A stretch of 46,876 nucleotides of DNA from an uncultured euryarchaeote. Lineage in GTDB: Archaea > Thermoplasmatota > Thermoplasmata > UBA10834. The notes under the pieces were generated by a model. The model saw only the letters and a program-made list of their open reading frames with translations. It did not search any database and was not told where the DNA came from. A program made the position numbers and the translations under genes. The stretch covers positions 1-46,876 of the forward strand of contig CALMQK010000294.1 of assembly GCA_937872085.1 (NCBI GenBank), given 5' to 3'. Shown one piece after another: positions 17,999 to 26,294 of the stretch (positions are counted from its first letter, which is position 1; every line of letters starts with the position of its first letter).

Positions 17999-19327
17999 TC
18001 AGACGGACATCGCTTTCAGAACCTTCGGCAGCCCCGAGGACTCCCTCGGCCCGACGACGACCTTCATGTTCGTCAGCTCGTTGAGCTTCCCGCTCATCCT
18101 GCTGACCTGACCCGGGATCATAAGCTCGTTCCTCGTGTTCTTCTCCTTGACCTTCTCGGCCTCGATGGCCTTGGCCACGGATTCCGGTGTCAGCTTACCC
18201 GCAGCGAACGCGGTCATGACGGACTGACCGTCCGTGTCGACGACGAGCAGCCAGACGGGCAACTTGCTCTTCTCTATGTCCGCCCTGACCGTGAAATATG
18301 TCAGCGAGAAGTTGCTCGTGAAGAGCACTGGCGATTTGTCGGTCGGCTCACCGACTTTGTAGAGGCCGGCCTTGACCTGGATCGGGACCTGTGGATCCGT
18401 GAATATGTTCTGCCTCAAGGCCATGAGCGGGTAGATGAACTCTCTGGACACGTCCTCCATCAACACCATCGACGAGTACTTCATCACACCAAGCGCGGCC
18501 TTGATCTCATCTCGGGGCGATTTCCCAAGGACCGTCACTGTCGGGTATCCCAGCGGCCTGAACTTCTTCTTTATGGCCGCCCTTCGAATCGTAGTCAACT
18601 TCTCCAGCATATCGTTCGCGGTCGACCCGGACGGCTCGAGGACGAGGTCCACCACGCCTGCTTTCTTCGCCTTCTCGGTGAGCGACGACAGTTCCTCGGC
18701 GCTCGCAGTGCCTCCGATCACCAAGGGGAAGGCGCATGCTTTCGCGACGGTGATCATATCGTCGAAGTTCTGCGGGGTCGCACGATACAGGAGCGGCCTC
18801 CCCGGCGCGCACAGCGCAAGAGCCTCCGCCATGAGTTTGGGGTCTTCGGTCATGATGGTGACGGGAAGCCCGATCCCAGCCGCATACCTGACCGCGTCGA
18901 GGAATTCCTGAGGCGTGCCCGTGGAGTGCCTGACGGCCACGGAGTCAACACGGATGATCTGTCCCACTCTCTCGAATGAGAGGGATCTCGCAGTCTCCAG
19001 CTTGGCCTTGACCATGTCGATTCCCTCGGCATCGTCCGCGATGATCCCCAGGACCGTCGGGTGGAAGAACGCCTTGTCGTGCCTGAAGAGCTGTGTCTCG
19101 TCCCCGATCTTGGCAGCGGCATCCGCAGTGCCGAACGTGACCAGCTTGATGGGGGGCGCTCCGCTCTCTTCGAGCGCGACCTTCGCTTCGGGGCTCACGT
19201 ACGGGCATGCGGCCAGCGCGACCTTCTGGTTAGCCAGCTGCATCGCGAACGCGAGGCATGTCGGGAACTTACACTCGCCGCAGTTCTTCTTCGGAAGCAA
19301 CTTGTAAATCTCCATGGCCGTCGGCAT
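17999..19327 (-). CDS. acsC: Corrinoid iron-sulfur protein, large subunit
   Basis: N-terminal 4Fe-4S motif CGECKFPTCLAF...ACPY, followed by TIM-barrel and corrinoid-binding regions. 442 aa. Confidence 0.9.
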   Translation of the reverse strand: MPTAMEIYKLLPKKNCGECKFPTCLAFAMQLANQKVALAACPYVSPEAKVALEESGAPPIKLVTFGTADAAAKIGDETQLFRHDKAFFHPTVLGIIADDAEGIDMVKAKLETARSLSFERVGQIIRVDSVAVRHSTGTPQEFLDAVRYAAGIGLPVTIMTEDPKLMAEALALCAPGRPLLYRATPQNFDDMITVAKACAFPLVIGGTASAEELSSLTEKAKKAGVVDLVLEPSGSTANDMLEKLTTIRRAAIKKKFRPLGYPTVTVLGKSPRDEIKAALGVMKYSSMVLMEDVSREFIYPLMALRQNIFTDPQVPIQVKAGLYKVGEPTDKSPVLFTSNFSLTYFTVRADIEKSKLPVWLLVVDTDGQSVMTAFAAGKLTPESVAKAIEAEKVKEKNTRNELMIPGQVSRMSGKLNELTNMKVVVGPRESSGLPKVLKAMSV

Positions 19328-19329
19328 TC

Positions 19330-20292
19330 CTAAACGCCTCCCATCAGGTCAGCAAGGGCGTCCTTGAGTCCTGCCACCGCCTTCGGATGGCGCATCACGA
19401 CCATGTCCGCTCCAGCGACGAGCGCGGAGTACGCAGTGATCTTCTCCCAGTTCTGGCCCCTCAGCTCCGACCTCCCCTTATCCAGGCTCTCTTCCACCGC
19501 GTCCGGAACGGTCCAGGCACAAGAGCAGTCGCAAAGCATCGGCATCTGCAGGACCGGGTCCCCAGAAAGCGCGCTCTGCCTCAGCCGCTCGATCACCGAA
19601 TACGAGTACTCCAGCCCCATCCCCAGGGCCGCCATGAGAGGGTCCATGATGATGTTCTCGGGCTTCATGCCGAAGTCCAGCAACAGGATGTTCATCTGCT
19701 TCGCGAGGTTGATGTCAAGGTTGGAGAACGCGACGATCCCGTGGCCGTTTGCCATCGCGGCGGCGGTGATGGACTTGTACGCCTTCTCCTCTGCCTGTCC
19801 GAGAAACAGCTTCTCACCCTTCGCGGCGTTCGAGACGGCCTCCATGAGCTTGGCATCCTTCTCCTCGGATCCGCAGCCGTAGACGATGAGCGGCAGGGAT
19901 ACCGATTTCAGAACCTTCTGGACGAGCGACACGCACTCCTCCACCGGCCTGTTCTCCTCATCCGGGTTGGCGGAAAGAAGCCTCAGGAGCAGGACATCCG
20001 CGCCCCATTCGCTCTCGCACTTCCTCGCCCACTCGACTGGATCTTTGACGACGGGGCCCATCGAACTGACCAACTGATCAGGAACGACGCGCATCGTGTC
20101 GACTACGTCCATGGCCACGAGCGGCTTGTGAGGCATCTCGCTCTCGAATCTGTGGAAGGGTAGCCCGTTCGAGCCGCCCAGTACAAGTCTGACACTCCTG
20201 GTGCCACCCTGTTCCTTGGTGGCGCCTATCGCTACTTCCCGTATCCTTCCTTGAAATTTCTCTTTCGGCACTTCAAAGGCCATTCCCGTCAC
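19330..20292 (-). CDS. acsD: Corrinoid iron-sulfur protein, small subunit
   Basis: 320-aa TIM-barrel protein starting ...FQGRIREVAIGA..GGTR. It sits 2 nt upstream of acsC and 9 nt downstream of the CODH/ACS ORF. Confidence 0.85.
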   Translation of the reverse strand: MTGMAFEVPKEKFQGRIREVAIGATKEQGGTRSVRLVLGGSNGLPFHRFESEMPHKPLVAMDVVDTMRVVPDQLVSSMGPVVKDPVEWARKCESEWGADVLLLRLLSANPDEENRPVEECVSLVQKVLKSVSLPLIVYGCGSEEKDAKLMEAVSNAAKGEKLFLGQAEEKAYKSITAAAMANGHGIVAFSNLDINLAKQMNILLLDFGMKPENIIMDPLMAALGMGLEYSYSVIERLRQSALSGDPVLQMPMLCDCSCAWTVPDAVEESLDKGRSELRGQNWEKITAYSALVAGADMVVMRHPKAVAGLKDALADLMGGV

Positions 20293-20301
20293 CTCTGGTC
20301 T

Positions 20302-23300
20302 TCAAGTCATCATAGGAGGCATCCTCAGGGCTGGATGGTCCACTTTCACCAGCCAGTTGCTGAGCTCCTCAGGGGTCTTGGCGACCGTCTCATCGGCGAT
20401 CTTGCTCACAAAGTCTGGCACGCCTGCCTCTGCGGCCCTCTTGTTGAGCTCCTCCTTCATCGCCTCTTTCAGGTCCTTTGGCATCCAGACGATGCGCAGG
20501 AAGCCGCCGTCCGCGCTGATGAACTTCTTGCTAACAATGTATCTTCTCCCGACTCCGATGAAGCCGGGCATCTGCACCCCGCCCCCGATCGAGCCAGCGA
20601 GAGTCGAGAACGACATTCCGAGCGGGGTCATGCCGGAGTGCTCCCTGTTGACCACAACAACGCCCTGAAGATCCGGGGACACTCCGACGATGCACTCGAA
20701 GCATCCGCACGACGTCATCGGGTCCTCCATCATCGTGTATGCGCTGAACTTCTGCAACTTGCCGTGAGTCTTCTCTACAACGACCTCGTTCACGCCGCTC
20801 CACTGTCCCTTGACCGGGTCGATGGTCTCCTTCTTCGGGACCGGGTTGTTCGGGCCCGTCGGCGCGATCTGGAACGATGCTTTCGCGTCCAACCAGTTGA
20901 TGGCTCCGCAGAGGCCCAGCCGCTCGGGCGTGACTATGCACAGGTGGCCGGGCGCGAAGCTCTGGCAGAGCGAGCAGGTGTAGAACGTATCGACTCTCTC
21001 GTCGGTGAGGTCCGCGATCCTGGCGTCTCTCTCGGCATAAGACACCTTCGCCTCGTCGACATGCTTGCGCAGCTCTGCCTCATCTGTGATGATCGTGACT
21101 TCGATCTTCGAGACGATCGCGCCGAACTCCTGCTTCATCTTCGTGACGAGGATGTCCCCGAAGTGCTTCAGCCGCAATCCGGCCTTCACGGAGTTCTTGC
21201 TCAGCCTGATCCACAACAGGTTCCTCTGGCCCGTATGCCACGCGCCCTCGGCGAAGTTGGTGAACTGGTGTATCCTCCGCTCCAGGACCGACTCGAAGTC
21301 CTTCTGCATGTTCTTGCCGTAGACATTGACGAATATCCCCAGATGGATCGATGCCCCCTCCGCCATCTGGTCCACGTCCTTGCCAATGAGCGTGATCTTC
21401 CCGTCGTTGACCTCCTCTGCGTTCCTCATCTTGAGCAGTTCGAACGCGAGCGTCTTGGACGGACCGCCCGCCTCGATGTACATGTCCGGCCTGCGTATGG
21501 TCTCGCCCTCGAAAGCTGGCCCGTACGGGACTGGCAGGTCGATGGCTCCCAGCTTTATGTGGCAGCCCCTGACCTCGATCGCCGTGGAGATCATCTCGTC
21601 GAGGTTCTTCTGCACGACGTACTTGTCGGGGATGGGCTCAACATCTTGGTCGGTGATCGTCGGCGAGCCGTTGAACATCACAGCGAACTCGGCGGCCACC
21701 TTGATGTCATCGAGCGGCCCGAGCTGGAGGACGAACACCTTCGGCCTCTTCAAGAGATACTTGAGCAATCCCTCGCGGTCCCCCTTCTGGACTCCGCCGA
21801 ACGAGAGCGCCGCCCTGATCGCGAAATTCAGACCGTGTATTATCTGAGTGAACTCTCCGACGGGGTACAGCATCCGGTCGAGCCCCATCGCGATCTTCTC
21901 ATCCTTCAGCTGCTGGATTATGTCGTAGGTGGCGATGATGAGCATGCCCTTGTTCTGGCAGTCCCGGATCATCTTCGCCAGCTTCTTCGGGTCGCTCGCC
22001 TTGCCGACGAAGACGGCGGCGCCCGGGATCGTGTCGTCGACGAATGCGATCCCCAGCTGCCTCAGGATCCTGTCGGGGATGAAACCGCAGTACGGGGTGC
22101 CCTCGTATGGAGTCGGGGTCTCGATGTACTTCAGCGCCTCGACGACTTCCGCGGCTATCATCGTCGCCTCACCGGAGGCAATCGCCGACTCGAGCGTCGG
22201 AACCTCGTCGATCTTGCCCCTTGCTTCACCCATCAGCCTCGGCAGGTCCCCTAGCTTCGTGATGTCCTTGCCAAGCCACGCGAACAGGCTCGGCAGCTGG
22301 TAACCGGTTTCCGGGAACTCCACCTTCTTGTCAGGACCGTACTTCCGCAACGCCTTGTTCAAGAGGATGTCCGCATAACCAGTCGCGATGATGGACCCCT
22401 CGATGGCCATCTTGAATAGCTTCTCTTTCGGGATCCTGTCCTTCTGTGGAACGTACGATGATGCGCGCTCAAGCTCGGGGTCAGTGATGCCCAGCTTCCA
22501 CCGCCTGTACTCGATCGCTGAGTAGAGCCTCTTCGCAGCCTCCTTCGGGTCCGGTTCGAAGATGAAGTAGCCACCGTAGACGTCCCTCGCGGTGTTCTCC
22601 AGTACTTCCGTCACGAGGGTGCTTCCGTAAATGTAGTTGATCGTTCCGACGTGGACTGGAAAGCCCATCGCGACGGCCCATGTGCCGATCGAGACCGCCT
22701 TCTCGTGCATGGCCTCGGGCGCGATCGCGACGAACGGTATCTTGTCGATGTCTACGCCCATCCTGTTCGCAATCTCCGTCGCGAGGTTGGAGAATCTGGG
22801 ATTGTCGACGCAGGAGCCGATGTGCCAGACGCAGGGCAGGCCGCTCTTGATCCCGGCAGCCTCGCTGAGCTCGGTGAGGAAGGACTGGAGACCTTCTCCA
22901 GCCAACTCAGAGGTCTTCCCGGGGTCCATGAAGCCCGCCTTGGCCAACTCGATCGCGTTGCAGCCCGTCGCGAGGCAAAGCACGCCGTGCTTCGCGAGCT
23001 CCCGCGCGATCGTGAGCACGCCCTCATCGTCCTTGGCCCTGGTGCTCTTGCAGCCGGCGAAAAGTGCGACTCCCCTGACACGTCCGTTCACGAGGTTGTC
23101 GACCAGGAACTGGAATGGGTCGTCCTTGTTCTTCTTGGAGAAGAGCTCCTTGATCTGCTCAAGGCTGAATCCCGCGACGACCCTCGATGTCTTCACCGTG
23201 GGCAGGAGTTTGGTCTTCCCGCGGTGCTTGAAGGCCTCCGCGGCCATCAGCAAGATCTCCTTGGCCGACGCTCTGGCCCTGTCGGGCGTGAATTCGATGT

Positions 23301-24456
23301 GGGTGTCTCCGACAAGCCTCGCCGCTTCCTCGGTCGAGATCAATTTCGTGTGTGTGCAACGGGCGAGAGTGGACAGGGACGGCATGAAACACTGGTAGTC
23401 CAGGACCATCGCGTCAAGGAGCCCGCTCAAAAGCACAAGCTCCTGGTTGAGGACGTTTGCGGCGATCGGGACACCTTTGCGCATGAGGATCTCATTCCCC
23501 GTGCAACACACGCCGACGATGTTGAATCGGTCCGCGCCGACCTTCTTCGCTTCATCCTTCATCTCACGAGAGACATCGACCAGAATGTCGCTCAAGAGCG
23601 GGTTGTGGCCGTGGACCGCGACGTTGATCGACTTCTCGTCGAGCACCCCCAGGTTCGCCTCGCTGAGGACGAGCTTCGGCGTGCCGAAGAGGACATCGCT
23701 CAGGTCCGAGGATATCTGCGCACCCGCGTAGTCCGACAGAGCGCACTTTATCCCGCCGAAGAGAATCGGAATCGGGTCTGCGTCGACCCCCATCGAGGTC
23801 CGGTGCATGACATCCGAGATCGAGGTCTCGATGTTGGAAGGAAGGACCGCGTGTGTGTCCCAGAGGAGAAGCCTCCCCTTGGTCACCGTGGACTTCAGAA
23901 ACGAGAGCGGTTCGTCCGTGTATCTAGAGTAATCCTCGAGGGCCTCTATGGACACAAGTTCGGCGAGGTTCCCCTTTCCCTGGATCCCCAGGCGCTTGGC
24001 GATCGCCTCGAGCTTCTGGCTGTCCGTGACCTTGTAGTCCTTCGCCTCACCCTTGCTGACCGCGTGAAGGACATGTGCTATCTCCTTGCCGTGGGCGGAG
24101 TGCGCCGCAGCCCCGGCGGCGATCATCCGGTCGATGTTCCTCGAGACTATCGTGTAATCTCTTGCGCCGCACAATCCCGTCGTCGGCTCCTTGCCCATGG
24201 GATTGATCCTGCACGGACCCTGAAGGCAGATCCTGCAGCAGAGACCGAGCTCTCCGAACCTGCACTGCGCTCCCTGGTTCGTAATCCTGTCAGCATAAGT
24301 ATGGATGCCCGAGTCGTGAAGGCTTGTGAGCATGGAAGCGCAGCTGCTGTCCCAGCAGTCGCAAGCGAGTCCCTTCTTGGCCTCACCCTTGACCGGGGCG
24401 GACTTTGTCTTGGTGACCACTTCTGATTCCAAACTATACCACCTTGAGATGCCCAC
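20302..24456 (-). CDS. Fused Ni-CO dehydrogenase (AcsA/CooS-type) and acetyl-CoA synthase (full-length bacterial AcsB-type), 1384 aa
   Basis: N-terminal half: CRFGELGLCCRICLQGPCRI (B/D clusters) and C-cluster contexts HGHNP, VCCTGNE, GSCVDN. C-terminal half: AcsB N-domain (GYADILLNKALRKYGPDKKVEFPETGYQLP) and A-cluster motifs CSLCQSFAPGHLC...LCG and SCGCFEC. One uninterrupted frame. GTG start at 24456, or possibly the GTG at 24420. Confidence 0.9.
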   Translation of the reverse strand: MGISRWYSLESEVVTKTKSAPVKGEAKKGLACDCWDSSCASMLTSLHDSGIHTYADRITNQGAQCRFGELGLCCRICLQGPCRINPMGKEPTTGLCGARDYTIVSRNIDRMIAAGAAAHSAHGKEIAHVLHAVSKGEAKDYKVTDSQKLEAIAKRLGIQGKGNLAELVSIEALEDYSRYTDEPLSFLKSTVTKGRLLLWDTHAVLPSNIETSISDVMHRTSMGVDADPIPILFGGIKCALSDYAGAQISSDLSDVLFGTPKLVLSEANLGVLDEKSINVAVHGHNPLLSDILVDVSREMKDEAKKVGADRFNIVGVCCTGNEILMRKGVPIAANVLNQELVLLSGLLDAMVLDYQCFMPSLSTLARCTHTKLISTEEAARLVGDTHIEFTPDRARASAKEILLMAAEAFKHRGKTKLLPTVKTSRVVAGFSLEQIKELFSKKNKDDPFQFLVDNLVNGRVRGVALFAGCKSTRAKDDEGVLTIARELAKHGVLCLATGCNAIELAKAGFMDPGKTSELAGEGLQSFLTELSEAAGIKSGLPCVWHIGSCVDNPRFSNLATEIANRMGVDIDKIPFVAIAPEAMHEKAVSIGTWAVAMGFPVHVGTINYIYGSTLVTEVLENTARDVYGGYFIFEPDPKEAAKRLYSAIEYRRWKLGITDPELERASSYVPQKDRIPKEKLFKMAIEGSIIATGYADILLNKALRKYGPDKKVEFPETGYQLPSLFAWLGKDITKLGDLPRLMGEARGKIDEVPTLESAIASGEATMIAAEVVEALKYIETPTPYEGTPYCGFIPDRILRQLGIAFVDDTIPGAAVFVGKASDPKKLAKMIRDCQNKGMLIIATYDIIQQLKDEKIAMGLDRMLYPVGEFTQIIHGLNFAIRAALSFGGVQKGDREGLLKYLLKRPKVFVLQLGPLDDIKVAAEFAVMFNGSPTITDQDVEPIPDKYVVQKNLDEMISTAIEVRGCHIKLGAIDLPVPYGPAFEGETIRRPDMYIEAGGPSKTLAFELLKMRNAEEVNDGKITLIGKDVDQMAEGASIHLGIFVNVYGKNMQKDFESVLERRIHQFTNFAEGAWHTGQRNLLWIRLSKNSVKAGLRLKHFGDILVTKMKQEFGAIVSKIEVTIITDEAELRKHVDEAKVSYAERDARIADLTDERVDTFYTCSLCQSFAPGHLCIVTPERLGLCGAINWLDAKASFQIAPTGPNNPVPKKETIDPVKGQWSGVNEVVVEKTHGKLQKFSAYTMMEDPMTSCGCFECIVGVSPDLQGVVVVNREHSGMTPLGMSFSTLAGSIGGGVQMPGFIGVGRRYIVSKKFISADGGFLRIVWMPKDLKEAMKEELNKRAAEAGVPDFVSKIADETVAKTPEELSNWLVKVDHPALRMPPMMT

Positions 24457-24812
24457 GTACTCTACTGAGGCCCAGTGGAGTTTCCCGCGTCCTCGAAGCC
24501 CGAACTACTATGAGAAAGTGTTGAATGTCGTTCAAGTCAATCGTCGATATCGGGTCCCCGACATGGGAATCAAACGAGCACACCTCCTGTGCATGCGCGT
24601 AGGGATGACTGCACGCGCAACATCCGCAACGAACTTGGGTGGAAACCCCCACTGCATTACCGAACATCTGGCTTACCGGTGACGCCCGCTTTCGAGGTCG
24701 ACATCTGACGAATAGACATGACGATACTAATACGTTGTTGTAACTCCACTTTCGGCGTATGACGAATAACTGGTCAAATGACGGCCGCAAGGAGGCGCCT
24801 GGCCTGCCGGGT

Positions 24813-25646
24813 TCAAGTAGCGGATATCTTTGAAATCTTTTCCGAAAGCTGTCTGACGGACGCAAGCCACCTTTCCGACCCGCTCACCGCAAAGGGTGAC
24901 ACACCAAGCAGCTCAGCCTTTGCCACGGCCGGAGAATACGGAACCGCATGCGTGAGCTCGAGCCCGCGCGCCTGGAGCATGCGGACGATCGCATCTCGCT
25001 CTGCTGGATTCCTCACCCTGTTCGCCACGAGAGCGGTCTTCCTCACGCCCATTTCCACTGACAGCTCGGTGATCCTGGAGGCGGTCTCGATGGACTTGAG
25101 GCCAGGCTCCACTACCACCAGCATCAGGTTGACGCCACGGCAAGTCGACCGCCCGAATTGCTCAAGACCGGCTTCCATGTCCACGATAACGGCCTCGTCC
25201 TTCTCGAGAATCATATGCTCGAGCAAGCTGCGAAGAATGGCGTTCTCAGGACAGAAACAGCCGCTGCCCACAGACCTGATCGTCCCCAGCACGAGCAGCC
25301 TGACCCCGTCTGCCCCGACCCTCGAGTATTTCTCGGGGATGTCGTCCACCTTGGGGTTGAGCCTGAAGAAGGGACCTGATTGCGCGCCAGGTCTGGCACC
25401 CGTTCTCTCCTCGATCAGGTCAAGCTCTGAGGAGATGGGCAGTGGGACCGACCCCGTTGGAATCTCGAGAACCGTGTGGAGGTGCGCGGCAGGATCCGCG
25501 TCCACGGCGATCACCTTCAGGCCGTCCCTCGCCCAGAGACGGGCCAGCGCCCCTACGATGGTGGTCTTGCCGACGCCACCCTTGCCCGCCACAGCTACCT
25601 TGAGACCCACTAGATCAGCTCTATACCGGTTTGAGAATGATCTCAT
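24813..25646 (-). CDS. cooC: CooC-type Ni-insertion NTPase
   Basis: GKGGVGKT plus the CXC motif (GSGCFCPEN). The track start overlaps cooT by 26 nt. An in-frame GTG at 25610 (VGLKVAVAGKGG...) is an alternative start 10 nt past the cooT stop. Confidence 0.85.
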   Translation of the reverse strand: MRSFSNRYRADLVGLKVAVAGKGGVGKTTIVGALARLWARDGLKVIAVDADPAAHLHTVLEIPTGSVPLPISSELDLIEERTGARPGAQSGPFFRLNPKVDDIPEKYSRVGADGVRLLVLGTIRSVGSGCFCPENAILRSLLEHMILEKDEAVIVDMEAGLEQFGRSTCRGVNLMLVVVEPGLKSIETASRITELSVEMGVRKTALVANRVRNPAERDAIVRMLQARGLELTHAVPYSPAVAKAELLGVSPFAVSGSERWLASVRQLSEKISKISAT

Positions 25647-25812
25647 GGTTTAACAGGTTTGCCTCGGCCATCCTCGCGTCTTTTACCACGTGACGTTCTC
25701 CGAGAGCATCCATGCAGGTGACGCTGGTCCCGTTCACTATTATCCGGGCGGCCTCTGACATGACCAGTATCTTCTCCGAGCCTTTCAGCAAGTACACCGT
25801 CGATTCACACAC
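25621..25812 (-). CDS. cooT: CooT-like small nickel-binding protein (63 aa)
   Basis: Starts MC (the Cys2 that binds Ni in characterised CooT). Size and beta-rich sequence resemble CooT. It lies immediately upstream of cooC. Confidence 0.55.
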   Translation of the reverse strand: MCESTVYLLKGSEKILVMSEAARIIVNGTSVTCMDALGERHVVKDARMAEANLLNHEIILKPV

Positions 25813-25847
25813 CTAGATCACCCATGAATGCAGAATCCACCAGGCGG

Positions 25848-26252
25848 TCAGTCACACGAGCAATCAGCGATCTGACAAGCGACCTTCTTGGCCTTATCGT
25901 AGTCGTTGACCACGAAGACGAATCTCATCTTCGCCCCGTTCTGTCCGAGGAGATAAGAGCCCTCGAGCTCGACCCCGGCATTGGTCATCTGACTTGCAGC
26001 CCTGAACCACTGCCCGGGCCTGTTGATCATCTCGATGACGAGGACCTTCCTCTCGCTGTACGTTAGGTCGGCCTTCATGAATGTCCGCCTGCACTCCTCC
26101 TCGAGGGCGGTGACGAACCTCAAGACATATTTGTCCCCGACCTTCCGCGCGGCTATGGTATCTAGATTGATGTTGTGCTCCGAAAGCACGGACACGGCAT
26201 CCAGCAAACTCCTAGACGTTCCCGGGACGTATAGCTCGAACTCGGTTGTCAT
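25848..26252 (-). CDS. Tandem ACT-domain protein (134 aa)
   Basis: Two beta-alpha-beta-beta-alpha-beta-like repeats (ELYVPGTSRSLLDAVSVLSEHNINLDTI... and VIEMINRPGQWFRAASQMTNAGVELEG...). GGGGGAG SD-like element 8 nt upstream of the ATG. Confidence 0.5.
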   Translation of the reverse strand: MTTEFELYVPGTSRSLLDAVSVLSEHNINLDTIAARKVGDKYVLRFVTALEEECRRTFMKADLTYSERKVLVIEMINRPGQWFRAASQMTNAGVELEGSYLLGQNGAKMRFVFVVNDYDKAKKVACQIADCSCD

Positions 26253-26294
26253 CGCACGACTCCCCCTATGACCTGAGCATAGTAATCACGCTGC

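Noticed and set aside
17318-18979. 553-aa plus-strand ORF spanning the acsF-type gene (other frame) and antisense to acsC
   Set aside because: It is Arg/Gly/Asp-rich and motif-free. Both overlapped genes have strong family signatures. It is a typical high-GC shadow ORF. The same reasoning applies to 795-2213, 7333-8595, 11062-11766, 15622-16419, 16609-17394, 28979-30139, 35237-36232, 37110-38438, 37613-38479, 44220-45302 and 45899-46666.
20251-24426. Very long plus-strand ORFs (20251-22254, 667 aa; 22651-24426, 591 aa) antisense to the CODH/ACS gene
   Set aside because: Their translations are Arg/Asp/Leu/His/Gly-rich low-complexity strings with no motifs, as expected for shadow ORFs in GC-rich DNA. 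The opposite strand encodes an unmistakable AcsA/AcsB sequence over the same bases.
24434-24865. Full 143-aa minus-strand ORF spanning the cooC 3' end and the cooC-acsAB spacer
   Set aside because: The first 66 codons overlap cooC out of frame and look like a shadow ORF. Only the distal Cys/His-rich 77 codons are discussed, as a low-confidence finding rather than a feature.
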